From: Octopus bimaculoides
Taxonomy: Eukaryota
Reading direction: 5' to 3'
Assembly (NCBI RefSeq): GCF_001194135.2
Contig: NC_068985.1
Span: forward strand, 126,922,638 to 126,986,637
Length of the DNA stretch: 64,000 bases
A program made the translations under genes and the position numbers. The notes below the pieces were generated by a model. It ran no database searches, had not been told where the DNA came from, and saw nothing but the letters and a program-made list of their open reading frames with translations. Within the stretch, counting starts at the first letter, position 1. Each line of letters starts with the position of its first letter. Below, piece by piece: positions 45,525 to 59,200 of this stretch.

Positions 45525-46133
45525 TTAATTATAGTCTTCCCTCAAAGTATTCTTTCCGTTTATTTTTGGGTGTTCCTTTCCTCTCATCCTTTAATAGTTT
45601 TCCCCCCATGTTTTTGATGTGAGTACTTTTTTTTTCTGAAAGTGAGAACAAGGAAGTTTTAATTAATTTATTTATTGTGGTATATTTAATATGTAGGTTT
45701 AATGTTTTTCTTACATTTCTTTATGAATTCCTCTGTACACATGAAGTTTTAGTCAATATTTTTTTTAATGAAACACTTTAAAGATATATTTCGCGACGAT
45801 CACAATAAGAATTGAGAAAGGTTAAACCTTTAACGATCAGTGCTTGCGAGCCAGTTTCGATTCCGGGTAGATTATTTTCTTTTACTTATGTTGCTAATAT
45901 ATTTGAAGAGGCATGACTGTCGCACCAGTCCTTTTTGCCACCTCAACAACTCTTACGAGTTTATGTCTATGCAAAGAAGTCAGTAAGTTTTAAACTTTTT
46001 TTTTTTTAATTTACCCATTCGTTGAAGAGCTGATCTAATTAATCGTGCGACTACAGAAGATTATCTTGGTGTTTTAATTTAGGTGTCGATGAAATGATAT
46101 ATATTCATATTCAGCTGAATCGCTTATGTTTGC

Positions 46134-46171
<38 letters not shown>

Positions 46172-46181
46172 NNNNNNNNNN

Positions 46182-46213
<32 letters not shown>

Positions 46214-48340
46214 GTGTGTGTGTGTGCCATTCGAGCGATCTTTCGCCTCGACGTTGTGTTTATATATTTTCTTGAGTGTGTTTATGCGCAGGTATCTATA
46301 ATTGTGTATACACATGCATACATACACGCATAAACACAATACATACCCCAAAAATACATAGATAAAAGCGATGCAGCTGAAAAAAATAATAAAAATTACG
46401 GAAATTGCCGAACAAATTTACTTCTCGTATACTTTGTTCGAAAGATTGCTATATATATATATAATTAGTCGAAAGAAATTGAGCCGAATGTGTCGCTCAA
46501 ATTTGATTCTTTGTAAATCGATTCATTTACATCACTTATGTCCTTGGAAAATGCATGAACGTTACCTAGTCTAATCCTCTTTATCGTAAATTCCACCACC
46601 TTGTGCATAAGCAAGTACTATTGTATTGCAAAACACCCCGATACAACGTTAGCTTCTATGTTACACCGAACACCCGTGCCGGTTTCGAATCCTTACTGGA
46701 AAGCAAATCCGCTTTAATTTCAGCATATTTTCCTTTATGAAATAATGCAGAAAAGGGGCAGTCTTTTTTTTCTCTCATAGAAAATGGGCCGGTTGGGGAC
46801 AATAGATAAGGTATTGGGTTATGATTTTTTTTTTTCGGTTTTATCTGCTTTGTTACAGTTTATTTACAATGCCTCTGCTCTAACTGTCGGGGATAGGTGA
46901 ACACCGATTTAGGCTCCGGCTCGAGAGCAACTGTATAGACTGAAGCCTAGCTCCAGTCTGTTACCTCTCCCCTTACTCTATTTTCTTTCGTGTGTGTGTG
47001 GTAAATTCAACAGGTTTTTTGTAGGTATATCGAGTTCAATTTCTATCGAGTCATTAAAATTATTTCTGGCCTTGTCTAATCTGTCGAATTTGTTTCTCTG
47101 GCACCAAGTAAATTGAAGGCGATATGCTCCTATACGATCATAGTCAAATGTCCGAAACAATTAAAGAATATGAAAAAAGATGTCATATACCTCATTTAAT
47201 GTAATTTCTGGTTAATATTTTGTGTCCTACACATGGTTAGCGAAAATTGGACTGTTTTTGTTAATTTTCCTTTCCGTTTTACATCTACACCTAAGAGTAA
47301 ATATATAGTTCCTCAAACAGTGGGAACAATGTATAATTGTTTCATTTAGTTATTTACAGTAAATTATTACAGTATTAAATATTGTAGAAACCAGTGTATA
47401 TCAACTTGATCGATGCCAGCAACTAGTTGGTTTATTATTATTATGGAATATTGTTTACGGTGTACAGCATTCTTAAAAAAAGAAAAATCTTCTCAGATTT
47501 TGCCTAAGTTGAATTTAAGCGTATTGAAAAATATTCACATAATTTTCTAACTTGGATAATTTTCTATGCATATTTTTCTACTTACATGTGCAAATTCTAA
47601 TGGAAAATATTGAACATAATACAATGAGTTAGAGGTGGACTGCATTACTGCCGTTTTGCATTTGAATCTTGCTAGGTCACTAAAGCCCACTCATCTCCAG
47701 AAAACATGAGCTGCGAGGTCTTTGTTGTTGAAAACATAAGGATGCTTGACTTTTCATGTGTTTTGCAATGTATCAGTCAGCTTGTCTTGGGACTTGATTG
47801 TTTATATGCAAGAACTATATTTTGGCGCCTTTGTACACGAGGTCTTTGAAGTCGCCTTTGAAAACTTACACCAAGGAGTTGCATAATATGTATGGTCTGT
47901 TCAGGATAGTACGTCTTATCCATTTTAGGTGATAGGAAAATGAGAATTCACGTGTTTATTCAAAGATTTAGCACAAAACATGAACGAAATGGTTTCAGTG
48001 GATAATAAAAACCAAATTACCACAGTAATCCTAGTGCTCTGCTTATTTTTTTATCTTAAAGCACATATAAAACGTACAAGCAATATTGGATTTATCATAT
48101 TTTTCTCATGAATTTAATCTTTATTTTAAAGCGGAATTTGATATATATTTTTTTTATTTTTTATTAACAGGTTTATGAACTTTGCTGTTCAGCATGTATG
48201 ACTAAAGATTGAAAATAATTGTAACAATAATAATTAGAAGAAAAGTGAAACAAAGCAAGAAAATATCAGCAGGTTAGAAAGTTTCTAAACTGGTGTGTAA
48301 TATGAATGCAGCTGTTTGCTGATAGCTTGCTTTTGTTGAT

Positions 48341-49513
48341 ATGTCACCTCACGGAATCAAAGGAACAGGCAAGAAAAATAAGTGCACATCACTTAGTGTT
48401 AATGGACCAAAAATGCTTGCAAAGAAAAAAAGGAAGATTTTAAGTGAGACTCCTGATGTTGATGTGTCTGGAAAAGCAACCAGTTGGCGTGGTCTTAAAT
48501 TTGAATCCTCAAATGATCTTAAAGAGAAGATACTGAAGCAGTTAACATGCCCATCTCGCCAATACAAAGGGAGAGATGGCGAAATAGAGCTTCCTCCCAA
48601 GAAAAAGCGGAAATTTCAAAACAATGGCAGTGTTGAAACTGATTCAGATGTAGAGCAAACTAGTCGTCGAAGCAAACTGATGAAAAAACAGTATCTGGAA
48701 AAGCCTAGCTCTAAAATACATAGATGGAAGAAGCTGGCTGAAGATGCTGAATTGTATGGGTCTTCAAATTCTGCAAGCAAAGGCAAAAAGAAAAAGAAAT
48801 TAATGACTGTAAATTATGAAGATGGGGTTTGTGTTTATGATTTGCACACACCCAGCAAATTGAAGAAAATGAAACGGCAAAAAGGTGCTAATCACATAGT
48901 CAACAAAAAGAAGGTTCATATTGGTAAACGTGTCATTACTCCTCACAAGGGAGGCCGAAAGGAAGCCATGAAACCAAAACTCGATGTCAGCAGCAGTCGT
49001 TTAAAACTTTTGTCTAAAAAACAACGAAAGAAGCTTGAGGAAAATTATTCACTGCAGATCTACAGTGATGTGGAATTGTCAGACAGTGATGTGTCTGCTG
49101 ATGGACAAAATGTAATTTCAACCAAGAAAGGCAAGCTTTCAATGCCTGACAAGTGGAGTTATCGACAACTGCTGAGCAAGAAAAAGGCCAAGTCTAAGAA
49201 AGAACAGGAATGCAATGTTGGCAAGATAAAAAAGTCAAAGCAGCAACACGAGCAGGTTTTGGAGGATGAAGATTCCTACGACAATATTGATGAAGCTTCA
49301 TCTGATGAAGATATATCAGAAGTTGCTGATGATGATGATGACGATGATGAGGATGAGGCTGATGATGCTGAAGAGGATGATGAGGAGGAGGAGGAAGAGG
49401 ATGATGATGATGATGAGGAGGATGACGACGACGAAGACAGTGAGGCCCAAACGAGTGATGAAAGACTTGGTGCAGAAAAGAAAAATGTATCAAATCAGCA
49501 TTTACCCAAGTAA
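48341..49513 (+). CDS. 390-codon Lys-rich (NLS-like) ORF with Asp/Glu tract; unidentified, probably nuclear/nucleolar protein; either a complete CDS or a large first coding exon
   Basis: 1173-nt open frame in AT-rich DNA; KKKRK-type clusters (PPKKKRK, KGKKKKK) and a long D/E run. In-frame TAG at 48323 precedes the ATG. Strong acceptor ttattaacag| at 48170. The ORF ends at CCCAA|GTAAGT, which is both a stop (TAA) and a consensus splice donor (49510). Confidence 0.75.
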   Translation: MSPHGIKGTGKKNKCTSLSVNGPKMLAKKKRKILSETPDVDVSGKATSWRGLKFESSNDLKEKILKQLTCPSRQYKGRDGEIELPPKKKRKFQNNGSVETDSDVEQTSRRSKLMKKQYLEKPSSKIHRWKKLAEDAELYGSSNSASKGKKKKKLMTVNYEDGVCVYDLHTPSKLKKMKRQKGANHIVNKKKVHIGKRVITPHKGGRKEAMKPKLDVSSSRLKLLSKKQRKKLEENYSLQIYSDVELSDSDVSADGQNVISTKKGKLSMPDKWSYRQLLSKKKAKSKKEQECNVGKIKKSKQQHEQVLEDEDSYDNIDEASSDEDISEVADDDDDDDEDEADDAEEDDEEEEEEDDDDDEEDDDDEDSEAQTSDERLGAEKKNVSNQHLPK

Positions 49514-51224
49514 GTTATTTATTTCTCATTACTTGATTACTTTTTTCTTCGTTTTTTATGACTGGTCTTTTCTAAAATATGCATAACATTAAGTCACTGG
49601 ACTTTGTCAGCATAGGTATTTTTTGTTGTTTTTTGCTTTTTATATCATTTATGTATACAAAGAGAAGAGGAAACATTAATGGTTAAGTAAGAATTGAATT
49701 TGCATCTCTTGGTTTAATGCCCAAGTGTTTCCCAAATTAAACTTCTGTTAACAGTCTAAGCATTATTCATATATGTAGTTAAAATCTTTTCTAAATGTGT
49801 GCAAAGGCTTGTAAAATTATATGAAAATATTGATGAAGCATGAAGTAGATAATATCAAAGAGACTCAAGTTAACAAGAGATGTGGGTTTAAATCTTAGCT
49901 GATTCTAGCTAGAAATGCTCTTTTTGTCAGTATGTATATTATCATTTTAGAAATGTTTGCACATTGAAAGTAAACAGTATCTCATGTTTAATGATGCAGG
50001 CACAGGGAAGATATATTGAAAAAAAAGTGAGCTAACTACGATTTGAACCTCTGATTTTTTTTTTTTTTTTTTTACAAGCTATTCAGTTAAGCTGCAAGAT
50101 CTTTTACCAGTTTATCATGTTTATAAATTTAGACGTATTTAATCACATGTTCCTTTGATTATGATATTCTAAGGGCTACTGGTTTCCCCATCTTTTATGT
50201 TTCATATTTCTATTCATCATTACATAGATTTGTATCACACATTAATATATTGTTTTAATGTTAAAGATCCCAGTGTGAAAGTTTTTCTTGTTTTGATATC
50301 TCAAAATCGGTTCAGATGGTTAGTTTCATTTCAGATCTTATTTTATTTAATGCTTGGTTTCAGGTGTAGGAGATATCCTTGCAGTTCTCTTGCTCTGTTC
50401 ATCAGCGCCACTTTTTTCATACCTGATACATATTACTTCATCTGTTGTTGGTTTGACAGATTTACATACATCTAACATGTTCCTCTCTATAGCAGTTTTT
50501 ACAGTTTTATTCTTTTAAGCTACACACCAATGACAGACCAGTCACATGACTGCTCAAATTTTTCTTTTTGTTTAAGGTAATCAGAAAATAAGTTAGGATA
50601 ATATTGCCTATGACTTATATATTTCCCTTCAAAATTCTTGGTTAATTCTTTTAGCTTGATTGAATGTTTTGTACCTTAGCTTTACTTTTTGGTTGGTTAG
50701 AACTTTGGTGAATTCTAATTTTAGCAAAATAATATTTGGTTAGTTGCAGATATTTACAAATGGTACATATATTTGCTACTAAATCCTAGATTCTATTTCT
50801 GCTTTAAATGTCTATCTCATCAGCCATTATCTTAAGGTTAAAGCTTTTAAATTTTTCTGGTATTGTTGAGAAAGCAATGTCTTTGCTGGTTTATTCAGCA
50901 TGCAACTATTGAAGACTTACATTAATGCACACATTTTATACAGTATATTCTTTTCTTTAGGCACAAGGCTCAAAATTTTCGGGGAGGGGGCCAGTTGATT
51001 AGATCGACTCCAGTACGCAACTGGTACTTGATTTATTGAACCTGAAAGGATGAAAGGCAAAGTCGACCTTGGCGGAATTTGAACTCAGAACATAAGAGAT
51101 GAAATGCATACAGTATAGATATTGCATTACAGTTCTTATCTTTTGAGAATGTATCTAAACCTGCACAAAATACTAAAGTAGCAGTTAGTAACTACTACAG
51201 CTGTAATTGGGGGTTGGGGGTTTT

Positions 51225-51791
51225 CAGTGCAAGAGAGACGATTGCGCTGGTATGGACATGTGGTGAGAATGGAGGAGGATAGCTGCGTGAAAAAGTGCCA
51301 CACCCTAACAGTTGAGGGAACCCGTGGAAGAGGTAGGCCCAGGAAGACCTGGGCTGAGGTGGTGAGGCAAGACCTTCGTACATTGGGCCTCACCGAGGCG
51401 ATGACTACGGACCGAGACCTTTGGAAATGGGCTGTGCGTGAGAAGACCCGGCAAGCCAAGTAAGATCGTTGCCAGTGCCCCTGGACTGGTTCTTGTGCGG
51501 GTGGCACATGAGATGCACCATTTTGAGCGTGGCCGTTGCCAGTACNNNNNNNNNNCGGGTGGCACATAAAAGACACCATTTCGAGCGTGGCCGTTTTCGT
51601 GCGGGTGACACGTAAAAGCACCCACTACACTCTCTGAGTGGTTGGCGTTAGGAAGGGCATCCAGCTGTAGAAACTCTGCCAAATCAGACTGGAGCCTGGT
51701 GTTGCCATCCGGTTTCACCAGTCCTCAGTCAAATCGTCCAACCCATGCTAGCATGGAAAGCGGACGTTAAACGATGATGATGATGATGATG
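51225..51791 (+). mobile_element. RTE-clade LINE 3' end (ORF end, 3' UTR and (GAT)n tail), 5'-truncated
   Basis: RRLRWYGHVVRMEEDSCVKK...RGRGRPRKTW...DRDLWKWAV* is a typical RTE C-terminus; the UTR ends cggacgttaaac(gat)n. Confidence 0.88.
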
Positions 51792-52499
51792 ACTTACAGT
51801 GCCTGAATGTTTTGACTTAATCTTATTGGCATAATAAATAGATGTACTTGAACAAACAGCCCAGTTATCTACACACACACACACACACACACAAGCACTA
51901 ATTTCGGTTGGTTGGATGGAGAGCTAGGGTTTTTTTTTTTCCTGTCCAAATGTAAATATATTATATTGTCTAATGAGATGTTAACCACAGTTTTTCCAGT
52001 TAAGATATTTTACTCTGTTCGTAGGAAGGTGTTATTTTTTAAAATTACTGAACTGTTATGTACTTAGACGAAGGCTGTGTGGTTAAGTTTGCTTCCCAAT
52101 TGCTTTGTTACAGGTTCTGTTGTACTATGTGGCTATTTGGGCATTTGTTTTCTATTGTAGCCCCTGGCTAACCAAAGCTTTATTAGTGAATCTGGTCGAT
52201 AGAAACTGAAAGAAGCTTGTCTTATATGTTTGTGCAATAGTTGTAATCAAATATCACTATCTTACATGTGGGGTCAGTCATTTCCAATCTTCTGTGAAAG
52301 TGTTTGGCCATAGAAAAATATTACTTTGCTTGGAAACAAGTGAGAGTTGGTGACAGAAAGGACATCCTGCTGTAGTAAATTTGCCTTCACAAATTCTGTT
52401 TCCTCCATGCAAGGAAAGGAAAGTGAACATTAAAACAATGCTGATAATGAAATAATTTAGTAACTGGCAATTGTGATCTTAAGTTGATTAGATTGGTCT

Positions 52500-53270
52500 A
52501 AGTATTTTAATGGTCCTTTATTCCTTGATCTGCTGCAGAAGCTAATAGTAGATGAATGGCTGGTGAGAGCTGTCCAAGTCATGCACAGGAGTGCTGTTAG
52601 TGAGGTGACAGTAGTGTGCACAGTGATGAATTTGGTGTGCAGATAGTTCATCAGGTCTACACCTCCTTCTGTTTGTCGGTCCTTTAAGCCATGAGAACTC
52701 ATTGCCTGTCAGAAATCCTTTCTGCTGATTCTCTTGTTCATACAGCTGAATCTGGAGTAGAATTAGAAAAATTTCAGATGTGCTAGTAAAACTTGGAATC
52801 AAAGGGCCTTAAGGTTAACTTAGCAAAGTCCTAGTAAGCAATAAAGCAGTACACTAATCCCTTTAGGAAAATGGCCTTGTTCAGTATGTAGAAATCTCAT
52901 ATGGTGTACTCAGTGCAAACTATGAACATATTAGAGGTGCAGTGGATTCACAGGAAGATTAACAGAAAGTAGACTTTGTGGAAGCTAGCATTCTCTACTA
53001 GACATACCTTGTTAGTGTGCATATATGACAAAGTGTAAATGTATTGAAAGAAAAATTGGGCATAAGAGGCATCAGCTGTAGTGTGCTGGTATGGTTAGGT
53101 GATGTGTATGGATGAGGATAGTTGTATAAAGAGTGTCAATCACTAAATGTGGATAAAACTTGTGGAAGGGGGAGGTCCATGAGAAGAGACTGACCTCAGG
53201 TTGTTGAGCCACAGCAACGTTGTCAAAGGACCAAGATGATTGGCAGTTAGTTGTGCTTGAGAAAACCCTT
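52500..53270 (+). mobile_element. Old RTE-like LINE fragment (RT region to C-terminus), heavily mutated
   Basis: Broken frames give DEWLVRAVQVM, NLESKGLKVNLAK, GKWPCSVCR and KLGIRGISC...TCGRGR. Confidence 0.7.
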
Positions 53271-56200
53271 TCCTCTTAACGTATTGATAATGTTTATGTC
53301 CCTGCACCCAATCTGTACCTGTGAAGCCTTCCACACAACTCATTTTTATAACCCTCATCCCTCCACCTTTTTAATGAGATACTATTTCCTCAACTGCTGC
53401 AATTTTATGAACAGAACTGCACATATTTCATCCCTTTTGTGCTACCCTCTTCTTGGAACCACTTCTTTTGTCACTCATCCTGCACTCCCCAACATTATTC
53501 CTTTCAATTTTATTTTTCAGAGGAGTTTCCTTTCCCTCATACCTTTTGATGCATTCCATTGAACTCTCCCCGCCCATATTTTCCTGTCATTATATCCACC
53601 ACTATGTCCTTCTGACTTGCATCTCTGTTTCTCCTACATCTTTATTCATCTCCCTATTTTGCATGTCTATGGTTATATTATACTCTTACTCGCCACCCAC
53701 TCCTATTTTCCTTTACCCTAAACTGACATTCATCATTAACCACACCTCTAACCTTGTTCACCATTGACTGCATTCACCTTTATCTTCATCTTTGTTTGTC
53801 TCTCTACTTTCACACTTGCACAAACCTATCCTCTTATCCATCCTCAATTCTCCGTTCCTATTTTTCCTTTAGGCCCTCGCACCTCATCTCTCCCATTCTT
53901 TCTCCTTTTTACTAGGGTAGCTATATATCTTCTCTGCAGCAAGACATCCGTTCCTGTCTGTCTATCATGCTTTAGCCTCTCAACACAAAGCTACCTCCCT
54001 CAGTACTGCACTTCCATTCTGTCAAATGGTCTTGTGAGTTAATTGGTGATCTCATGTGCGCCACTGCCATAAAAATAAAGCACCCAGTACACTCCATAAA
54101 ATGGTTGGCACTGGGAAGGGCATCCAGCCATAGAAACCATGCCAAAGTACATATTGGAGCTTGACACAGTCCTCTTGCTTGTTTGATCCTGTCAAACCAT
54201 CCAATCTCTGCCAGCATGAAATATGGATGTTAAAGAAGGATGATATATATTGCGGCTGAGAACATGGGTTTTATGGTTGTCATATCTTTACCTATTTGTG
54301 TATAATGTAAACTGATTGCTTGATGCTTGGGTTTTTGGAGATCTTATAAAGAAATTAATGATTGAAAACAAAACAAACAAAAATTAGTTTAAAAAGAATT
54401 CATATCAATAGCATTATTACAACTAAAATTTTTTAATCACATTTTACAAGAGAATTATTAAAGCTTTATCTGAATTAATTAGATATGTTGATTAAATAAA
54501 ATTGATTTTTTAAAAAGGCTAGAGTACTTAGTTGAATAATTGTTTGTTGTTTAGTTAGTGTTTAGGTATAAAATTCAATACCAAGCAAAATTGTATAATC
54601 TCTTTTGCCGTCTATAGCATCATATTTCTGTATGTATAGTTACTGAAATTCTTAAGAGTCTCAGCTACTTGCCAATTACTTTTAACCTAAGTTTGATAGG
54701 TTTTGAGTGTAATACTCTTTATTTTGGGGCTTATTTCTTTCTGGTTGTATCAGGGAGCTATTTGAAGGCTCTTCTTTTCTTGTCCAAAGGAAAGGTTATA
54801 TTCCAATCAACATAGTATTTATTTTGGCTGGACTGCCTGTACTTATTTCATTAAACCATGAGCAATGAAGGACTAAATTGACTGGTGAAACATTAAGGGC
54901 TGAAATTTGTTGCTAATAAGTATTAATCACTTGACATTTATCTCTGTACTAATTCATTGCTTTTCTCTGTTAGTATATGTTTGATAAGTTCATCTCATTG
55001 TATATTAATATACTTCAGAGCATCACCTCTTTTGTACTTAGATATATAGTCTTATGTATAAGGTGGTTTGCCAGCAAGATAGGGTTGCTGTTGTCCTGTC
55101 TTTATCCCTGGTTAAAGATCAGTTCAGTGCTAACTTTTGACTGCAGGTGCTACTACATTTAGAAATAAACGTTTTTTTTAATTGGACACCTTTCATTTTC
55201 ACAAACTGCTGCTAAGATCAGACTAGTACATTTTTTTCCCCCATTTGACTCTTTTCGTGTGACAATAACATTTAATTCTCCAATATTTTTAGCATTTCCA
55301 TGTTATATTAGATTGTTTTACACAGTTTTTGTTTTATCAACATCATTCAACACTGTGCTGCATTTTCATACTCAATACAAAATAAGATATCTATATTTTT
55401 ATCTATTATTTACTATTGTAGGAAGGAATTAATGTTAAGATGATATAATTCATAACACTTTTATCACCATTCTCAGTCTCACTGCTATTACATAAGACAA
55501 CATATTTGGTGTAGTTGTTAGAAATTGGTTTAGTTGCTGTAAGTCTAGCTGTTTTGAGCTCAAACCCTGTCTGTCTCAATTTGACATAAAAACTCAACAT
55601 TTATACCAGTAATATATCCCACTCCCTTACAAAATTAGTCTTATCCCAACACAAAATAAAATGTATTCATACCACAGAGGTATATAAGCATCTCTTACCT
55701 TTGGCTATGAAGTCCCATATGGATGGTTAAATGACACATATAGGCTTCTCTGGGATTTTACAATGTAGCAAGTAGGGTGCATATAAGTGTCTCTGGTATT
55801 TTAGGGCTATCTTTAAGCAATGCATATATGTGCCACTGGGATTTCATAGCTGTAAATAAGACATGCTAATGTGCATCTGTGGTGTAGATGGTGTTAAATG
55901 TCCATAGAGATGATTAAATGAATAGCTTTATTATAGCTGTTTTATCAAGATGTTGAAATTGTTGCTTCATCGTTTCTTCAAGGAAAATCTTTCGACTCCC
56001 TATCATCCTTCTGAAGAAGGAGAATTTATAAAATTAATTAATTGCAGTAAAATGATGAGGATCAAATCTCTTGAATTATTTCTTAAAATGATAATCAAAA
56101 AGACTTGGTGCTGAGCAGAATATTATTTGTGGTTAATTTATACTAGAGTCACTTAGAAACCACTGTTATTGGTTTCAAATTTTGACACAGGGCTAGCTAT

Positions 56201-59200
56201 TTCAGGGAGAGGCTAAGTTGATTACATCAATCCCAGTCACTGACTTGTACTCATTTTATTGATTCCAAAAGGATGAAAAGCAAAGCTAACCTCAGTGGAA
56301 TATAAACTCAGAATGTAACGATGGACGAAATCCTGCTAAGCATTTTGCCCAACACGCTAACGTTTCTGCTGGCTTGCTACCTTAACCACTGTTCAAATAT
56401 TACTGACTGTTTTCTATTTTCTATTACAATCTGAACAGGCTTGAACTGCTGATGTTTTATTTTAAATCAGAGAGTATGTAGTGTTATAATTCCCTTGATG
56501 TTTTTGCTGTCAGAAAATTAATTTTCTTTCCAAACACAATGGCTGAATTTAATTATGCTGGACTACTGGCTAATACAGTCAGTCATTAGCCATAGATCTA
56601 TTTTTGTTTAATGATGAAATGTAATTCCTACAGTAAGATTTGAACTTGTGGTTCTATACATCTCTAGTTCAATTTTGTTTTGGCTTTAAATGTGAAAAAG
56701 TTTGACAAAGTTGTTTTGCTTAATTATCGCAATAAGACTGTATGGATGTGCTCCTGTAGTTTTCTGTAACAGAATTCAGTTAATTTAACATATCTTGATT
56801 GGTCGATTGATAGATATTTACAGTTGGTTTTCACTGAGTACTGATGGATGGGTAAATTCATAGCTTTACCCATGTGTGTACACACTTATCACAGGAATAA
56901 GTTTTTACAAATATATATAGTCTCGGTAGAATGTTTTGTTTTGTACAAATTGACACCAAAAACGTATTTAATGTGAGAAAAACATAGGTAAGTTTAGGAT
57001 TGTTATTACTATTATTTTTATTTTATTTAAAAAGATGTTTTGACAGCTTAACTGAAGCATAACACTAAAATTAATTGCATTTTTAACATTTAAAAAAAAT
57101 TTGCTCTTTGACATTTTATACTTGTAAATATGAAATACATGTTTTTTTTTTTTGTTAAATATATAGTTATGCATTGGTTATTTCTCATTGATTATGAGTG
57201 CTAAGCCAAAATTTGCTTAGATACCCTTTTTTCCTTAATTATTTCTGGTGGTGGTGGTGGGTGTAATTTTTTTCCTGTTCTAATATAAATTAACTGTCAG
57301 GTAAAAATTTTTTTTTTTTTTATAATATAGTTTTTAAGTGAAGTTCTGTTTTGAGAATGTTGTTTAATCTAAGGGAAAATATTCAATCACTAAAACTTCA
57401 TAGCTAATTGCAGCACTTTTAATGGCTCAAGAATTTTTCATGTTAGTGTTAATGAGTTAATATTTGCAAATTTTGTATATTGTACAATTTGGAAGTAATT
57501 TCAATAGCTTGTAACAGAATTTGAATTGCTGACATTCTAATCAAAAGTCCCCAGCACCTTAACCTCGCACCTACTGTCTCTAGGCTCATTATAACTATTA
57601 TGATTGTAAATCATTTTATAAGTAAGAAATAGGTGGTAATATAATTTGTTGATATTTATATCAAGTGCAAAAAAGTTCTGTAATTTTTTGTTGGACATTA
57701 GCTCACTTCCTCCATTAAATTAACATTGCCAGTATAGATGCATGGTGTGCCACATGTCAAATGTCAGAGATTGCAGTGCAATGTGAGATGAGGTGTTTAG
57801 CTCAAGAACACGATGTACCGCCTGGTCAAGGAATTGAACCTCTCATCTTTTGTAAGGCCACTTGTTAATGGAAAGTTTTCTTTTCCTGTTGGTTAAATTT
57901 TTAAAAAATTTTTCTTTAGGCTACAGCTATTAGTTCCAGAAAAACATGTTATTGTTTACTGTACATTTGAGCAAGAACGAAATTTTGATCTATACATTAC
58001 TTTCTAATTTTTTAAACTATTTGCAGGAGTCATGGAAATTAATTTTAGTTTATATCTTTTTCATCTGGAGATGTTCAGAGACTGAAGTTAAGGTGCTGGA
58101 ATATTAAGTCTTCCTTTTATTTAAAAGTGTTTTTTTTTTCTTATCCCTATTAACAAGATAGATTTTTTTCTGTTTTGATTCTGCTCCTTTAGGGTTTAGA
58201 AAACTACGGCTAATTTTTCTTTGGTGAATTCATACATATACAGTGTTTGTTTTCTATTCCAAAATATAAGTGCTAGATACTTCAGTTTATGTATCTGTGT
58301 GGCTGTGTACACACATGTATACACTTATCGTAGGAATAAGAATATCTCTCTCTCTCTTTTTTTTTTTTTTTTTGAGAGTTGCATATAGTTCATGTTCTGA
58401 TTTGGTGACTGATCTTATATTGAAATCACTAAAAAAGCAATTTCCCCTTCTCCCATGACCAGACCCCAAACCCTTCCCCTCACATATATTGAGCAACAAT
58501 TTATAACTTTGAGGCCTGTAACACTTGTAAATCTGCAAGTTAAACATTTACATTGAGAAAAACTGATCATAGATTCTTATTCAAATATTTGTTTGTTGGG
58601 TTGAATATGGAATTTTATAGTTATTTTATTTATTCTACATTATGGTATTCTAACAGATAAATTTTTGAAGAACTTAAGTTAAATCTGTATTGTCAACATC
58701 TGCTGGAATTTNNNNNNNNNNNNNNNNNNNNNNNNNNNNNNNNNNNNNNNNNNGGGCAAAGATAAATTTCTGCTCTGACAAGGAAGGACAAATGTTAGTT
58801 TGTTTTTTATGGTACTCTTTTGTATTTTAGTACCTGCTCACGTTAAAAAAGAAAAGGTTGATGTAGGGTTGGCATTTGTGATTGAAATATCAGTTCCGGT
58901 TCTCTGTTATTGATCTTAAGATTTCTACAATTAGAATTCATATTACTTGTATGATTTTTTTTTTCAAGTTCTTTGTTTCTGTTTCTTGTTTGTTAATATT
59001 GTAGCAGCTCTCATTACAAATTCCAAGGTTTAAATAATTTTCTTGATAAGAATTATTACGTGATTGTAAGATTGTCTTTCACTCAAGATACTTCCCTATT
59101 CGAAAAATGCTTAAGTTAAAGTCTTGCCACTGAAATAATTGTTTTAATGAACTGCCTGTTCCAGGGTTGCATTGGTAAGTTGTCTAGAGTCTACAGACCA

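Noticed and set aside
49194-49586. His/Pro-rich (minus) and Met/Arg-rich (plus) overlapping ORFs
   Set aside because: Alternative-frame readings of the GAT/GAG acidic tract of the 48341 ORF.
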